A stretch of 64,000 nt of DNA from a virus (taxonomy: Duplodnaviria > Caudoviricetes). Below are positions 17,428 to 27,477 of the stretch, one piece after another (position 1 is the first letter of the stretch; every line of letters begins with the position of its first letter). The DNA is taken from the IMG/VR virus record IMGVR_UViG_3300031555_010338; one strand, 5' to 3'. A model generated the notes under the pieces. It worked only from the letters and a program-made list of their open reading frames with translations, had not been told where the DNA came from and ran no database searches. A program made the translations under genes and the position numbers.

Positions 17428-18412
17428 TGAAATCTTAAATGCAAATAAATGTGGAGACATATTTAGCTGCGCTGATAAAAAGACCGTGATATCCGAGTAT
17501 CGGCAACTGGCAAAGATTTTTCATCCCGATCATTGCTTTCTGCCAAACGCCAATGCAATCACTTCAAGACTGAATGATTTGTACGAAAAGGCGTTAGAGC
17601 TGATTGAGCGTGGAGAGTGGGAGATTAGCAATGTAATTGAACTGCGTGACATGACTGGCAAAAAGTATATCGGGCGATATTTGAAAGCTTATCATTTTGA
17701 GCTTGGCATGTTGTATGTGTCGGATTCTTCTATTACATACGTTTTTGAAAAGCAGCATGAAAAATTCTTTGAAAATGCGCTTTCACAAATCAAGTCTTTG
17801 CGGTATGCAAGCCCAGAGATGGAAAAAGAGATCTCAAGGTATATGCCGACCATTCGTTACAGCTTTAAGATGCCTGACGGTAGATGCTGTTTGATTATTT
17901 CAAAGACACCGGATGTATATTTGCTGGCAGATGTCCTCGAATTTTACGGTGGGACAATACCAGATCGGCATGTTGCCTGGATCATGAGTAGGTTGTGCAA
18001 CCTGTGTTGCTATTTTGAATATCTGGGCATTGCCCATAATGGCCTAACATTGCAGACCTGCTTTATCTCTCCGCAGTATCACACAATTCTTCCGCTTGGC
18101 GGATGGTGGTATGCACGGAACATAGGAGATCCCTTAATCGGCGTATCTCGTTCCGTTTATGATGTCATGTCTGTAAAGGCGAAGAGCGATAAAGTATCCT
18201 CTATTCGGACGGACTTAGAAGCAGCAAAGCTTATTGGCCGTCAGACAATCGATCAGAAATGTGCGCCGCAGCCGATTTTGGACTTCTTGAATGCAGGCTC
18301 TTCTTCTAAGGCAACAGAAGAGTTTGGTAAGTGGAGCAAAACACTTGATGCGGCTTATGGTAAGCGACAGTTTGTTGAAATGAAAGTCAGCAAATTGGAC
18401 ATATACAAATAA
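17414..18412 (+). CDS. J-domain (HPD) + protein-kinase-like fusion
   Basis: YRQLAKIFHPD; kinase-like HVAWIMSRL...GIAHNGL. Confidence 0.65.
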   Translation: MKTADEILNANKCGDIFSCADKKTVISEYRQLAKIFHPDHCFLPNANAITSRLNDLYEKALELIERGEWEISNVIELRDMTGKKYIGRYLKAYHFELGMLYVSDSSITYVFEKQHEKFFENALSQIKSLRYASPEMEKEISRYMPTIRYSFKMPDGRCCLIISKTPDVYLLADVLEFYGGTIPDRHVAWIMSRLCNLCCYFEYLGIAHNGLTLQTCFISPQYHTILPLGGWWYARNIGDPLIGVSRSVYDVMSVKAKSDKVSSIRTDLEAAKLIGRQTIDQKCAPQPILDFLNAGSSSKATEEFGKWSKTLDAAYGKRQFVEMKVSKLDIYK

Positions 18413-18430
18413 TTTTAGGAGGTTTTATTT

Positions 18431-19327
18431 ATGGGCGGCGGAAGTTGGACTTCTCGTGATTGGGATAGCTATTCCAAAAGTACGATCAGTGGCAAGACGG
18501 CATCTGGTATTTACACCAGTCGTTCCACAAAAGCTGAATTTGATCCGAAGAATGTAACGGTGCGTGAGAGCAGAGATGGCGTAGACCATCCAGAAAGCAA
18601 TGCAATTATCGTTGGCTTGGATGTCACCGGCTCCATGAACGACATTCTGGAAGGCGTTGCAAAGAAGCTGAATGTCTTGGTCAGCGAAATTCTGGATCGT
18701 AAACCCGTTACTGATCCTCAGATCATGTTCAATGCGATTGGAGATGCGATGTGCGACAGCTCTCCCTTCCAGGTAACGCAGTTTGAGTCCGATATTAGAA
18801 TTGCAGAGCAGCTCACTCAGCTCTATTTTGAGCGAGGCGGCGGCGGAAACAGCTTTGAGAGCTATCCCCTCGCATGGTATTTTGCTGCACGGCATACCGA
18901 TATCGACTGTTTCAACAAGCGTGGCAAGAAGGGCTTCTTGTTCACTATGGGAGATGACTGTTTCCCGAAGAAACTGACTAAACGAGAGATCAATGACATT
19001 TTTGGCGACACTGTTGAGGCAGATATCCCCGTTGAAAATATTTTGACGGAGGTAAATCGCAAGTACGAAGTGTTCCATCTGGTTCTGGATCGCTATGGTG
19101 ACAGCAGCCGCATTGGTGAGTGGCGAAACCTAATTGGCGAACGTGCCATCAAAGTAAGCGACTATACCAAAATCCCCGAAATCATTGTTTCTATTCTGGA
19201 GACTATGGGCGGCAAGGATGTTGACACTGTTGCCGCAAGCTGGGATGGCTCCACTTCTTTGGTGGTCAAAGATGCTCTGAGCGGCCTCCAGAGTGTGACT
19301 GCAAAAAGCGATCTTGTAGAGTTTTAA
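18431..19327 (+). CDS. vWA domain protein
   Basis: MIDAS DVTGSM; [10 protein letters not shown]; FTMGDD. Confidence 0.85.
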   Translation: MGGGSWTSRDWDSYSKSTISGKTASGIYTSRSTKAEFDPKNVTVRESRDGVDHPESNAIIVGLDVTGSMNDILEGVAKKLNVLVSEILDRKPVTDPQIMFNAIGDAMCDSSPFQVTQFESDIRIAEQLTQLYFERGGGGNSFESYPLAWYFAARHTDIDCFNKRGKKGFLFTMGDDCFPKKLTKREINDIFGDTVEADIPVENILTEVNRKYEVFHLVLDRYGDSSRIGEWRNLIGERAIKVSDYTKIPEIIVSILETMGGKDVDTVAASWDGSTSLVVKDALSGLQSVTAKSDLVEF

Positions 19328-19347
19328 TATGAAAGGAATGTAGCGAC

Positions 19348-20544
19348 ATGGTAAAGCAGATCAAAGTTGTTATCGGAGCCAATTTTGGCGATGAGGGCAA
19401 AGGTCTTATGACCGATTATTTCTGCCACGAGCTTTCACAAACTGGTAGCGTTCTGAACATTCGTCATAACGGCGGCGCACAAGCTGGTCATACCGTGGTA
19501 TTACCAGACGGCAAGCGTCATGTGTTCAGTCACTTTGGGTCTGGGAGCTTCGTACCCCATGTCGCTACTTATCTTTCTCAGGATTTTATTCTCAACCCTA
19601 TGCTCTTCTGTCGTGAACTGGAGCGTCTGAAAAACAAGTTCGGCCTAATGCCAAGAGTATTCATCAACCCATATTGTAGGCTTACAACCCCATACGACAT
19701 GCTTATCAACCAGATCGCAGAGCGTAGTCGTGGTGATGCACGGCACGGTAGCTGCGGTTTAGGTATCAATGAAACTGTCGTTCGCAATGAGCGCATTCGG
19801 ACGGATATCGGTCTGTTTGCATCTAAACCAGCATTGATGAATCATCTGGTAGCAACGCTGGTTTATCTGCGTAAGGAATATGTTCCAAGCCGTTTGAAGC
19901 AGCTTGGCGTAGATAACATTTCTATCGAGGACATGAAGCTAATTGAAAGCGATATCGTCCTTGAAAACTGGATGATGCAACTGACAGAAATGCTCAACTA
20001 TTGCACCATTGCCGGCGATGAAATCCTTGATAATTACGACGGACTTGTGTTCGAGGGAGCGCAGGGGCTTCTTCTGGACAACGACTGTAAAGCGTTTGCT
20101 CCGCACCTTACCACATCTAAGACGGGATCTTTTAACCCTAAAAATATTCTTGCTCGTATGTCCATGCAGGATCGGGATATTGAGTTCTGCTATGTGACCC
20201 GCTCCTACTTCACACGGCATGGAGCTGGCAAGTTCCCTTCTGAGTGTGAGAAAAGCATTATTCTTCCTGAGGATGTTGTTGATAAGACCAATCATTTCAA
20301 CGAGTTTCAGAGAGAATTCCGCTATGGATACTTTGATGAGTATTTGTTCGAGAATGCCACTGAGAAAGATCTTCTGTATCGGCACTGCGATTTCTCAAAG
20401 GCCAAATATACCAGAGCAGTTACCCATTTGGACGAAACGGATGGTAAGCTGATCGGCCACGATGGAAAGGAACTCTCCTTCCCGTCTGGCACACGATACC
20501 GCAGCTACGGAGAGACACGAAACGATGTCCATTGTCTGCGCTAA
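19348..20544 (+). CDS. Adenylosuccinate synthetase-like (divergent PurA family)
   Basis: GANFGDEGKG, GGAQAGHTV, HGSCGLGI, FEGAQGLLLD, TRHGAG. Confidence 0.85.
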   Translation: MVKQIKVVIGANFGDEGKGLMTDYFCHELSQTGSVLNIRHNGGAQAGHTVVLPDGKRHVFSHFGSGSFVPHVATYLSQDFILNPMLFCRELERLKNKFGLMPRVFINPYCRLTTPYDMLINQIAERSRGDARHGSCGLGINETVVRNERIRTDIGLFASKPALMNHLVATLVYLRKEYVPSRLKQLGVDNISIEDMKLIESDIVLENWMMQLTEMLNYCTIAGDEILDNYDGLVFEGAQGLLLDNDCKAFAPHLTTSKTGSFNPKNILARMSMQDRDIEFCYVTRSYFTRHGAGKFPSECEKSIILPEDVVDKTNHFNEFQREFRYGYFDEYLFENATEKDLLYRHCDFSKAKYTRAVTHLDETDGKLIGHDGKELSFPSGTRYRSYGETRNDVHCLR

Positions 20545-20622
20545 TCTCTCAAAAACATACAGTAAATCTCAATAAAAAATGGCTGAAAACAGCCACAAAC
20601 AAGAAAGGGAGTATAACTTGTC

Positions 20623-21699
20623 ATGATTAAGAAAGTTGACCGCAAAAACCGTTTTGTGTCCATGTTTGACCCCAAGACTGGTTTCTATGCCAGAAGCGGA
20701 GTAATCGATGAAAACGGCAATGATACCGGCGTAGATCCTTTTATGACCGCTTATCCTGAGCTGATCGATGTCGGCGTTATGGGACATTGCGTACACGGCA
20801 GCAGTGGTCTTTGCATTAAGTCTGGTGTCCAGTGCTATCAGAACGGCCTTAAAACAAAGCATCCCAACATGACGCTTGAAAACTTCAAACGTATTGTAGA
20901 TGAGTGCAAGGGAAAAACCTTCCAGCTTGCGCTTGGTGGTCGTGGCGATGTGGATCAGCATGAAAATTTTGCTGAGATCCTTCAGTATTGTCGTGAGAAC
21001 GATATCGTCCCCAACTTCACCAGCTCTGGCCTTGGTTTCACTGACGAAATCGTACAGCTTTGTAAGCAGTATTGTGGTGCGGTTGCGATTTCCTGGTATC
21101 GTCAGTCTCATACGATCCGTGCGATTCAGATGCTTCTTGATGCTGGTGTAAAGACCAACATTCACTATGTTCTTGGAAACAATTCCATCGACGAGGCAAT
21201 CGAGCGTTTGAAGAACAATGATTTCCCAGCCGGTGTTAATGCAGTAATCTTTCTGCTTCATAAGCCCGTTGGTCTTGGTAGTGAAGAGAATGTGCTACAG
21301 AGCGACGATCCCCGTGTTGCGGAGTTTTTCAAGGTAGTGGATGCGCAGAAGTTCAATTTCAAGATTGGTTTTGACTCCTGTTCTATTCCCGCCGTACTTA
21401 ACCTTACAAGTAATATCGATCATGACAGTATCGATACCTGCGAGGGTGGCCGTTGGAGCATGTATATTACCAGCGACATGAAGGCTTTGCCCTGCTATTT
21501 CGATAATCAGGAGCTTCGCTGGGCATACGACATCAGCAACGACAGCATTCAGAACGCCTGGAACAGTCCTCAGTTTGAAGACTTCCGCAATCATTTCCGC
21601 ACGGCCTGTCCTGGATGTAGCCAGCGGTGTGCTTGCATGGGCGGCTGTCCTATTCGTCCGCAGATCGTTATTTGTAATAGGAAGGAGAAAACGGTGTAA
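20623..21699 (+). CDS. Radical SAM protein with SPASM domain
   Basis: Atypical CX7CX6C, LGGRGD, C-terminal CEGG...PC...CPGC...CMGGCP. Confidence 0.85.
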   Translation: MIKKVDRKNRFVSMFDPKTGFYARSGVIDENGNDTGVDPFMTAYPELIDVGVMGHCVHGSSGLCIKSGVQCYQNGLKTKHPNMTLENFKRIVDECKGKTFQLALGGRGDVDQHENFAEILQYCRENDIVPNFTSSGLGFTDEIVQLCKQYCGAVAISWYRQSHTIRAIQMLLDAGVKTNIHYVLGNNSIDEAIERLKNNDFPAGVNAVIFLLHKPVGLGSEENVLQSDDPRVAEFFKVVDAQKFNFKIGFDSCSIPAVLNLTSNIDHDSIDTCEGGRWSMYITSDMKALPCYFDNQELRWAYDISNDSIQNAWNSPQFEDFRNHFRTACPGCSQRCACMGGCPIRPQIVICNRKEKTV

Positions 21700-21968
21700 T
21701 GCCTAAATATCCAAAGGGTTATAAAGACGTTGAATTTTTCGCTCACAATGTTAAGCCTGGTAAAAAGCGCAGACGCTTGGCTGGATCGACAAAAGCAACA
21801 AACGACTTCCTTGTGATTATCCATGAGCAATATCCAGATAAAACAATTTCACAGTTACGGGATCTTCTTCTGGATAAAACACAGTTCATTTATCACCCTG
21901 AGGCAGTTGCCGTTCTTGATGCTTACATAAAGGCCGGCGAAGCAGACATTATTCCGTATTGGAAATAA
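21699..21968 (+). CDS. Hypothetical protein
   Basis: Coupled ORF. Confidence 0.6.
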   Translation: MPKYPKGYKDVEFFAHNVKPGKKRRRLAGSTKATNDFLVIIHEQYPDKTISQLRDLLLDKTQFIYHPEAVAVLDAYIKAGEADIIPYWK

Positions 21969-22177
21969 TGCGAGATATCAAGCGTATTAGAAAGTTTTGC
22001 AATCAGCTTGCAGACTTATGGGAAACACATTGCCCAGATATGAGGTTTGGGCAGTTGGTTCATAATGTAGTCAATAGTGGCGAGTTGGCAAAAACCGACC
22101 CGTTTTATATTGAAGACGAAGAAATGCTTCAGCATTTCAAAAACTACTTTTCAAAACAAATGGAGGTACAGTCATGA
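21968..22177 (+). CDS. Phage hypothetical protein
   Basis: MRDIKRI...PDMRFGQL...DPFYIED. Confidence 0.65.
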   Translation: MRDIKRIRKFCNQLADLWETHCPDMRFGQLVHNVVNSGELAKTDPFYIEDEEMLQHFKNYFSKQMEVQS

Positions 22178-22365
22178 AAAAGATCATTTCCGTAGACACC
22201 ACATACACATTCGACACAGCAATCATCTCTTTGCCCGATGGCACTGTTGTCAAGGGCGAAGTTGACTCGTGGACAGACTACGAAGACGGCGATCAGATTC
22301 AAGTCGTTATTGACGGCGTTACATATCTGGTTCACTCTACCAACATTGTTCTGGTTCAGGACTGA
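22174..22365 (+). CDS. Hypothetical protein
   Basis: GGAGG RBS. Confidence 0.6.
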   Translation: MKKIISVDTTYTFDTAIISLPDGTVVKGEVDSWTDYEDGDQIQVVIDGVTYLVHSTNIVLVQD

Positions 22366-22374
22366 GGTGGCAGC

Positions 22375-22725
22375 ATGAAGCTGAGAAATGGATTTGTGAC
22401 GAATAGCTCTTCCAGTAGCTATCTGTGTGTTGCGAAAATCGATTTTACCGATGAACTTCGCGCATACATGAAGGAAGAGTTTGGTAAGTATGGCGAACGT
22501 CTGTTGAAGGAACATCTGCAAACTGGCGCAAAGATCAAAGAAGACTGCGACGAGATTTGGGACTATTTCGATGATCGTGGCTGCTTGGATGATCTGGAAG
22601 ATGATGCTTACTATCTTGGCGCACGGTTTATCGAGTGGACGAACGATGGAGATACAGAGGGCGACGACGCTTTCCTCTATAACAATATCCCCGATAAATT
22701 CAAGCTGGCAACTTATGGTGAGTAA
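22375..22725 (+). CDS. NSSSSS-motif protein 1
   Basis: MKLRNGFVTNSSSSSY. Confidence 0.85.
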   Translation: MKLRNGFVTNSSSSSYLCVAKIDFTDELRAYMKEEFGKYGERLLKEHLQTGAKIKEDCDEIWDYFDDRGCLDDLEDDAYYLGARFIEWTNDGDTEGDDAFLYNNIPDKFKLATYGE

Positions 22726-23229
22726 ATGAAAGTCCGAAGCGATTTTGTCACCAATAGTTCATCGAGCAGTTTTGTTCTCGCTTTCAATAGTAAGGATGAT
22801 TTCGACGAGTTCAATTTTCGATGTGAGGATTTAGGATATAAGGCGTTTTTCAGACTTATTAAGCGGATGATGAAGCGTAGTGAATCCGTAGACAAGAACG
22901 CCGCACTTAAAATGCTCCGTAGCTTCTATCGTTTCGAGAAAATCAATGAGAATGAAATGATGGACGCATATGCAAAGGATCGTGGAAAGCGATATTGGTA
23001 TGAAGTATCTGACGAGGCAAATAACGATCCTGATTACCAAGCAGAAATCGAGCGCCGTTTAGCAGCTACCGACTATACCGAACAGAAACAGCGCATTGAA
23101 AATGCAGAAATTGTCGTTAGCGGTACAATCTGGGATAGCGACGGTGGCTTGCTTGAATGGGCAATTCGGAATGGATTCATCAAAGATGAGTTCTGGAGGT
23201 ATTGCATTTTATCGTGGAATGTAGGGTGA
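22726..23229 (+). CDS. NSSSSS-motif protein 2
   Basis: MKVRSDFVTNSSSSSF. Confidence 0.85.
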   Translation: MKVRSDFVTNSSSSSFVLAFNSKDDFDEFNFRCEDLGYKAFFRLIKRMMKRSESVDKNAALKMLRSFYRFEKINENEMMDAYAKDRGKRYWYEVSDEANNDPDYQAEIERRLAATDYTEQKQRIENAEIVVSGTIWDSDGGLLEWAIRNGFIKDEFWRYCILSWNVG

Positions 23230-23233
23230 GACA

Positions 23234-23653
23234 ATGAAGAAACGAACAGATTTTGTAACTAACAGCTCGTCAAGTAGCTTTATCTGTTGCTTTGCTCGAA
23301 TTGCAGATCAGCAGAAAGCGCAGGCCACGCTTGACAAGCATGAAAAGAAGATCGAGGTTTATACCGCAGAGGAAGTGCTTGAAGAACTGAAGCGAAACTC
23401 TTCCTGGTCTAAGTGGCTTGAATACGATTGGACTGGTATCGATGTTACTCCAAGCAAGGAGTATATCGAGCAGCACATGGATGATCGGTTTATCGTTATC
23501 ACTGACAGCGAAGATCTTTACGAGGATGAGGACGGAGATATCGACTACGATGTTGACTACTCCGATTTTGACACCGATGCGATTGACGATATCACCGAAG
23601 AGAATGGCTTTGCTGATATCGATTGTCAGTACGGAGCCGGTAGAAATGGTTGA
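23234..23653 (+). CDS. NSSSSS-motif protein 3
   Basis: MKKRTDFVTNSSSSSF. Confidence 0.85.
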   Translation: MKKRTDFVTNSSSSSFICCFARIADQQKAQATLDKHEKKIEVYTAEEVLEELKRNSSWSKWLEYDWTGIDVTPSKEYIEQHMDDRFIVITDSEDLYEDEDGDIDYDVDYSDFDTDAIDDITEENGFADIDCQYGAGRNG

Positions 23654-23665
23654 TAGGAGATTCGC

Positions 23666-23965
23666 ATGAAGATTAGAAAAGACTTCGTAACCAACAGCTC
23701 TTCTTCAAGCTTTCTGATTACCAACAAATCCGATAAGGAAATGGATGCAAGAGATGTCATACTTTCGCTTCTTGCCAGAATTTTGGAGGATGCCGAAGGA
23801 AGATTTACCTTGGAGCCTGGTCAGTCCATTCATTATGAATGCGGAGACGGAGATGACGATGGTGCTTTTGAGAACTTCATCCATAGCGGATTTAGCGGGT
23901 GGGGTATCACTGAAAGATACGGCAATGGTGATGCGGAAGTGACATTTTTGGAAAGTCATCATTAA
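23666..23965 (+). CDS. NSSSSS-motif protein 4
   Basis: MKIRKDFVTNSSSSSF. Confidence 0.85.
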   Translation: MKIRKDFVTNSSSSSFLITNKSDKEMDARDVILSLLARILEDAEGRFTLEPGQSIHYECGDGDDDGAFENFIHSGFSGWGITERYGNGDAEVTFLESHH

Positions 23966-23976
23966 GGAGGATGCCA

Positions 23977-24492
23977 ATGAAAATCAGACATGATTTTGTG
24001 ACGAACAGTAGTTCAAGCAGTTTTATTCTGGCCTTCGAGAGCAAAGAAGACGGGTATTCTAAGATCGCAGCCATGACAAAAGAATATGGTAGCAATTATG
24101 TGTGCCAGCTTTTGAAGGATTTCGAGGAAGAGCAGCCTATCCCTCGTGAAGAACTCTATGAGCGTGTGAAGAACGATCTCGAATCGCTTGCTTATTACAA
24201 GCTTTGTTATGGCGATGGTGGATGGTGGAGTTCCGAAAAGGATACATTTAGGAGCCGTTGGGAGAAGGCGCATCCTGGCGCTGGTTATTCTGACTTCTAT
24301 CGTTCAGAAGAGTTTATCACAGAAAAGGAGCGCCTGGTAAAGCAGTATTTTGATGAGTTGCTTGCCAAGATTGGTGATCGCAGCCATATCGTAGAGATTG
24401 AATATGAAGACCACTCCACTGTAGGTAGTGAGCTTGAACACAATATTCTTCCCGACTGCGATTTCACTATTCAGCGGTTTAGCCACCATTAA
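23977..24492 (+). CDS. NSSSSS-motif protein 5
   Basis: MKIRHDFVTNSSSSSF; AAGGAGG RBS. Confidence 0.85.
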   Translation: MKIRHDFVTNSSSSSFILAFESKEDGYSKIAAMTKEYGSNYVCQLLKDFEEEQPIPREELYERVKNDLESLAYYKLCYGDGGWWSSEKDTFRSRWEKAHPGAGYSDFYRSEEFITEKERLVKQYFDELLAKIGDRSHIVEIEYEDHSTVGSELEHNILPDCDFTIQRFSHH

Positions 24493-24504
24493 AGGAGGTA
24501 GCCA

Positions 24505-25059
24505 ATGAAGTTCAGAAAAGATTTTGTGACCAATTCCAGTAGCTCAAGCTATGTTTGTGAGATCTGCGGAGAAACAGCAAGCGGCTGGGATATCAGTCTT
24601 AGTGAAGCAGAGATGGTCGAGTGTGAAAACGGCCATGTGATCTGCGAAAGTGAAATGCTTCCGATTTCAAGAGAAGATCTGATTGCGATGATGGTAAAGG
24701 ATTTTGACCATATCGCAGAAGAGTTTGATGACAAGTCAGATGACGAAATTCTTAGTAGTTATCTGAGCGAAGATGATGTGCGGTATGGCGTTCCCGAATG
24801 CTTCTGCCCTATTTGCCAGTTTATCGAATATTCTCAGGGCGACCTTGCCAAGTATCTGGAAAAGAAATATAAAGTAAGCCGTGCTGAGGTGTTTGAGAAG
24901 GTCAAGCAGCTCAACAAGCGTCGCAAGAAGCTGTATGACAGCGAGTATGTGACCGAAGTATGCAGCCGCTTCAATCTGAACCCCACTGAGATTGTTGCCG
25001 GTCTGAAAGCAGAGTTTGGCAGTTATCGAAGATTCAAAAACTACATTATGATGCGGTGA
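24505..25059 (+). CDS. NSSSSS-motif protein 6 (with Zn-ribbon cysteines)
   Basis: MKFRKDFVTNSSSSSY; CEIC, CENGH, CPIC. Confidence 0.85.
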   Translation: MKFRKDFVTNSSSSSYVCEICGETASGWDISLSEAEMVECENGHVICESEMLPISREDLIAMMVKDFDHIAEEFDDKSDDEILSSYLSEDDVRYGVPECFCPICQFIEYSQGDLAKYLEKKYKVSRAEVFEKVKQLNKRRKKLYDSEYVTEVCSRFNLNPTEIVAGLKAEFGSYRRFKNYIMMR

Positions 25060-25064
25060 TCTGA

Positions 25065-25421
25065 ATGAAAGTAAGAAGTGATTTTGTAACGAATTCAAGC
25101 AGTAGCGCCTTTATCTGTCTGCGTATTGGCCGTGACTTGGAAGAAGTATTCTTTCTTGCAAATGACATGACCAGTGAGCAGATTCTTGATAAGGCATATG
25201 ACGAGGGCTTGGATGAAGTAGAGCTGAAGGGCAAGAATATGGTTGCTGCCGTTGGCGAGTGTAGCGTTGAGTATGTCGGATGGACACTTGATGAAAGCGA
25301 TCTTACCGAAAAGAATCTGGTTCAGCTCAAAGAGGAAATGGCAAAGACCATTAGAGAAACCTACGGTATTCAGCTCGAAGATAAGGATATCCAGTTTGAC
25401 TATGGAGAGATTTCACGATGA
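25065..25421 (+). CDS. NSSSSS-motif protein 7
   Basis: MKVRSDFVTNSSSSAF. Confidence 0.85.
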   Translation: MKVRSDFVTNSSSSAFICLRIGRDLEEVFFLANDMTSEQILDKAYDEGLDEVELKGKNMVAAVGECSVEYVGWTLDESDLTEKNLVQLKEEMAKTIRETYGIQLEDKDIQFDYGEISR

Positions 25422-25852
25422 AGATCAGACAGGACTTTGTAACGAATAGTAGTAGTTCCAGCTATATTATTGCGTATCAGCAGATTCCCGAAATCGACGA
25501 TGATACACTGGCAAAGTATCCGATGCTTACTTGTTTTAACAAGCTTGTGGAGACTGTAATGTTTGCTAAGAGCGACTATAACGATACTACTGCTGGCAAA
25601 AAGATTGCAACCAAAGAAGAGCTTGACGCTCATTTCAAAGATTACTACGGCTGGCGCAAAGAACAGACCTTGGAGGAAATTTTTGAAGATGAAGAGTACG
25701 CCAAGGATCAGTACGATAGGTGTGCTACGGCTCTTGACCGTGGTTGCAACATCTTGATTAAGCATGTTGACTACAGCGATGACACAATCGCTAATATGCT
25801 TAAAATGCTTGGGCAGGGCGACACTGGAATCGAAATTATTGACAGCGATTAA
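25418..25852 (+). CDS. NSSSSS-motif protein 8
   Basis: MKIRQDFVTNSSSSSY. Confidence 0.85.
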   Translation: MKIRQDFVTNSSSSSYIIAYQQIPEIDDDTLAKYPMLTCFNKLVETVMFAKSDYNDTTAGKKIATKEELDAHFKDYYGWRKEQTLEEIFEDEEYAKDQYDRCATALDRGCNILIKHVDYSDDTIANMLKMLGQGDTGIEIIDSD

Positions 25853-25906
25853 GAAATTAGCTAAACAAGGTTAATTTTTGCTGTTGGACATCATTAAGTA
25901 TAAGAG

Positions 25907-27313
25907 GTGAAGACATTGTATTCTGCATTTGTTACCAGAATTAAAAACCTGAGAAAACATACGAATGCAGATCGTCTGATGTGTGGCGAGTGTTTTGGCA
26001 ATACGGTTATCGTTGGCCTGGACACTCAGCCAGACGAGCTTGGTGTTTACTTCCCCGTAGACGGCAAGCTTGGTTTGGAGTTTGCGCAGAAGAATGATCT
26101 GCTCCGCCGCAAGGATGAAAATGGCAAACCTGCTGGCGGTTATCTCGATCCTGAGAAGAGAAACATTAAGGCTCTGAAGCTCCGTGGAGAAAAGAGCGAC
26201 GGCCTGTTTATGCCTCTTGTTTGTCTGGCAGATTACACCGATATTGCCAGTTTGAAAGAGGGTGACACCATTACAGTGTTGAATGGTGTAACGATTTGTG
26301 AGAAATATATCCCCCGCGCAAGTAGTAGGGGGGGGTGTCATTTTGATGGTAATCGCACTCGCAAGCGCAAAGATCCTGTGTCTCCCCTGTTCATGGAACA
26401 TGCAGACACGGAACAGCTTGCCTACAATCTTACATCCTTCCGTGCTGGCGACCAAATCGAGGTCACTTTGAAGATGCACGGCACTTCTCAGAGAACCGGC
26501 TATCTTCCCGTTCTGAGTGGATATAAGCGCACCATTATGGATAAGCTGCGCAAGCGTTCTGGCACACCGATTTATGATTGGGGCTATGTCTCCGGTACTC
26601 GTCGTGTAGTTCTGGACGATTATGAAGGCGGCTACTATGGGAGCAACGCCTTCCGTGAGCAGCACAGCAAGATCTTTGAAGGCAAACTTCATAAGGGCGA
26701 GACGGTATATTATGAGGTTGTTGGTTTTACTCAGGACGGTACGCCTATCATGGCTTCTTGTGATAACAAGAAAGTAGGCGATAAGGAATTTACTAAACAA
26801 TACGGAGATGTTACGACATTCTCTTATGGCTGCAAGCCTGGACATTTGGGCGGACTTATCAAAGATAAGGAAATTGTGGATAACGAAGCTGTTGTGTATC
26901 CGCAGTCTGACATCTATGTGTACCGTATGACCATGACCAATGAGGACGGCGATGTAGTTGAGTACACGCCCGATTTTATGCGTTACCGTTGTGAGCAGAT
27001 GGGCGTTAAGTGTGTTCCCGTATTTTACAAGGGCTACATTCCCGAATACTTCATCCTGCCCGATGATGTTGGAAGTCCCGCCGCAATCGATGCTGGTGCA
27101 TATGTAAAGAAGCTGGCTGAGGATTTCTACGACGGCGCTGATCCTGTTGGTAAATCCCATATCCGTGAGGGTGTTGTAGTTCGGATCATCAACCGTCCTA
27201 AGTTCACCGCTTACAAGCATAAGAACTTTGCGTTTAAGGTGCTGGAGGGCATTATCAAGGATGTTGCTACCGCACCTGACATGGAAGAGGCTCAGGAACA
27301 GGAGGCTGCATAA
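25907..27313 (+). CDS. RNA ligase (DRB0094/Rnl2-like, N-terminal OB-fold)
   Basis: HTNADRL, LRGEKSDG, motif I KMHGTS, motif IV REGVV, motif V KHK. Confidence 0.8.
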   Translation: MKTLYSAFVTRIKNLRKHTNADRLMCGECFGNTVIVGLDTQPDELGVYFPVDGKLGLEFAQKNDLLRRKDENGKPAGGYLDPEKRNIKALKLRGEKSDGLFMPLVCLADYTDIASLKEGDTITVLNGVTICEKYIPRASSRGGCHFDGNRTRKRKDPVSPLFMEHADTEQLAYNLTSFRAGDQIEVTLKMHGTSQRTGYLPVLSGYKRTIMDKLRKRSGTPIYDWGYVSGTRRVVLDDYEGGYYGSNAFREQHSKIFEGKLHKGETVYYEVVGFTQDGTPIMASCDNKKVGDKEFTKQYGDVTTFSYGCKPGHLGGLIKDKEIVDNEAVVYPQSDIYVYRMTMTNEDGDVVEYTPDFMRYRCEQMGVKCVPVFYKGYIPEYFILPDDVGSPAAIDAGAYVKKLAEDFYDGADPVGKSHIREGVVVRIINRPKFTAYKHKNFAFKVLEGIIKDVATAPDMEEAQEQEAA

Positions 27314-27477
27314 TGGGACTTCCGCAAATCATTTTTGTTGGGCTTTATGCTCTGTCGCTTGGTTGCATTCTGGCTAAGCACGGCGAAGCAAGAACGGGGA
27401 AGTATAATTTCTTCACTTCTCTGTTTACTGTCTCCTTAGAGATGATGCTGCTTTGGTGGGGCGGCTTCTTTGGATAA
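27313..27477 (+). CDS. Small membrane protein (54 aa)
   Basis: Own translation MGLPQIIFVGLY...LLWWGGFFG*. Confidence 0.55.
   Translation: MGLPQIIFVGLYALSLGCILAKHGEARTGKYNFFTSLFTVSLEMMLLWWGGFFG

Noticed and set aside
19348-20544. PurZ (Z-genome)
   Set aside because: It keeps Asp in GDEGKG, where PurZ has Ser, so the diagnostic substitution is absent.
22375-25852. DGR or DNA tandem repeat behind the NSSSSS genes
   Set aside because: No reverse transcriptase or TR/VR pair is visible, and conservation is at the peptide level with mixed Ser codons.
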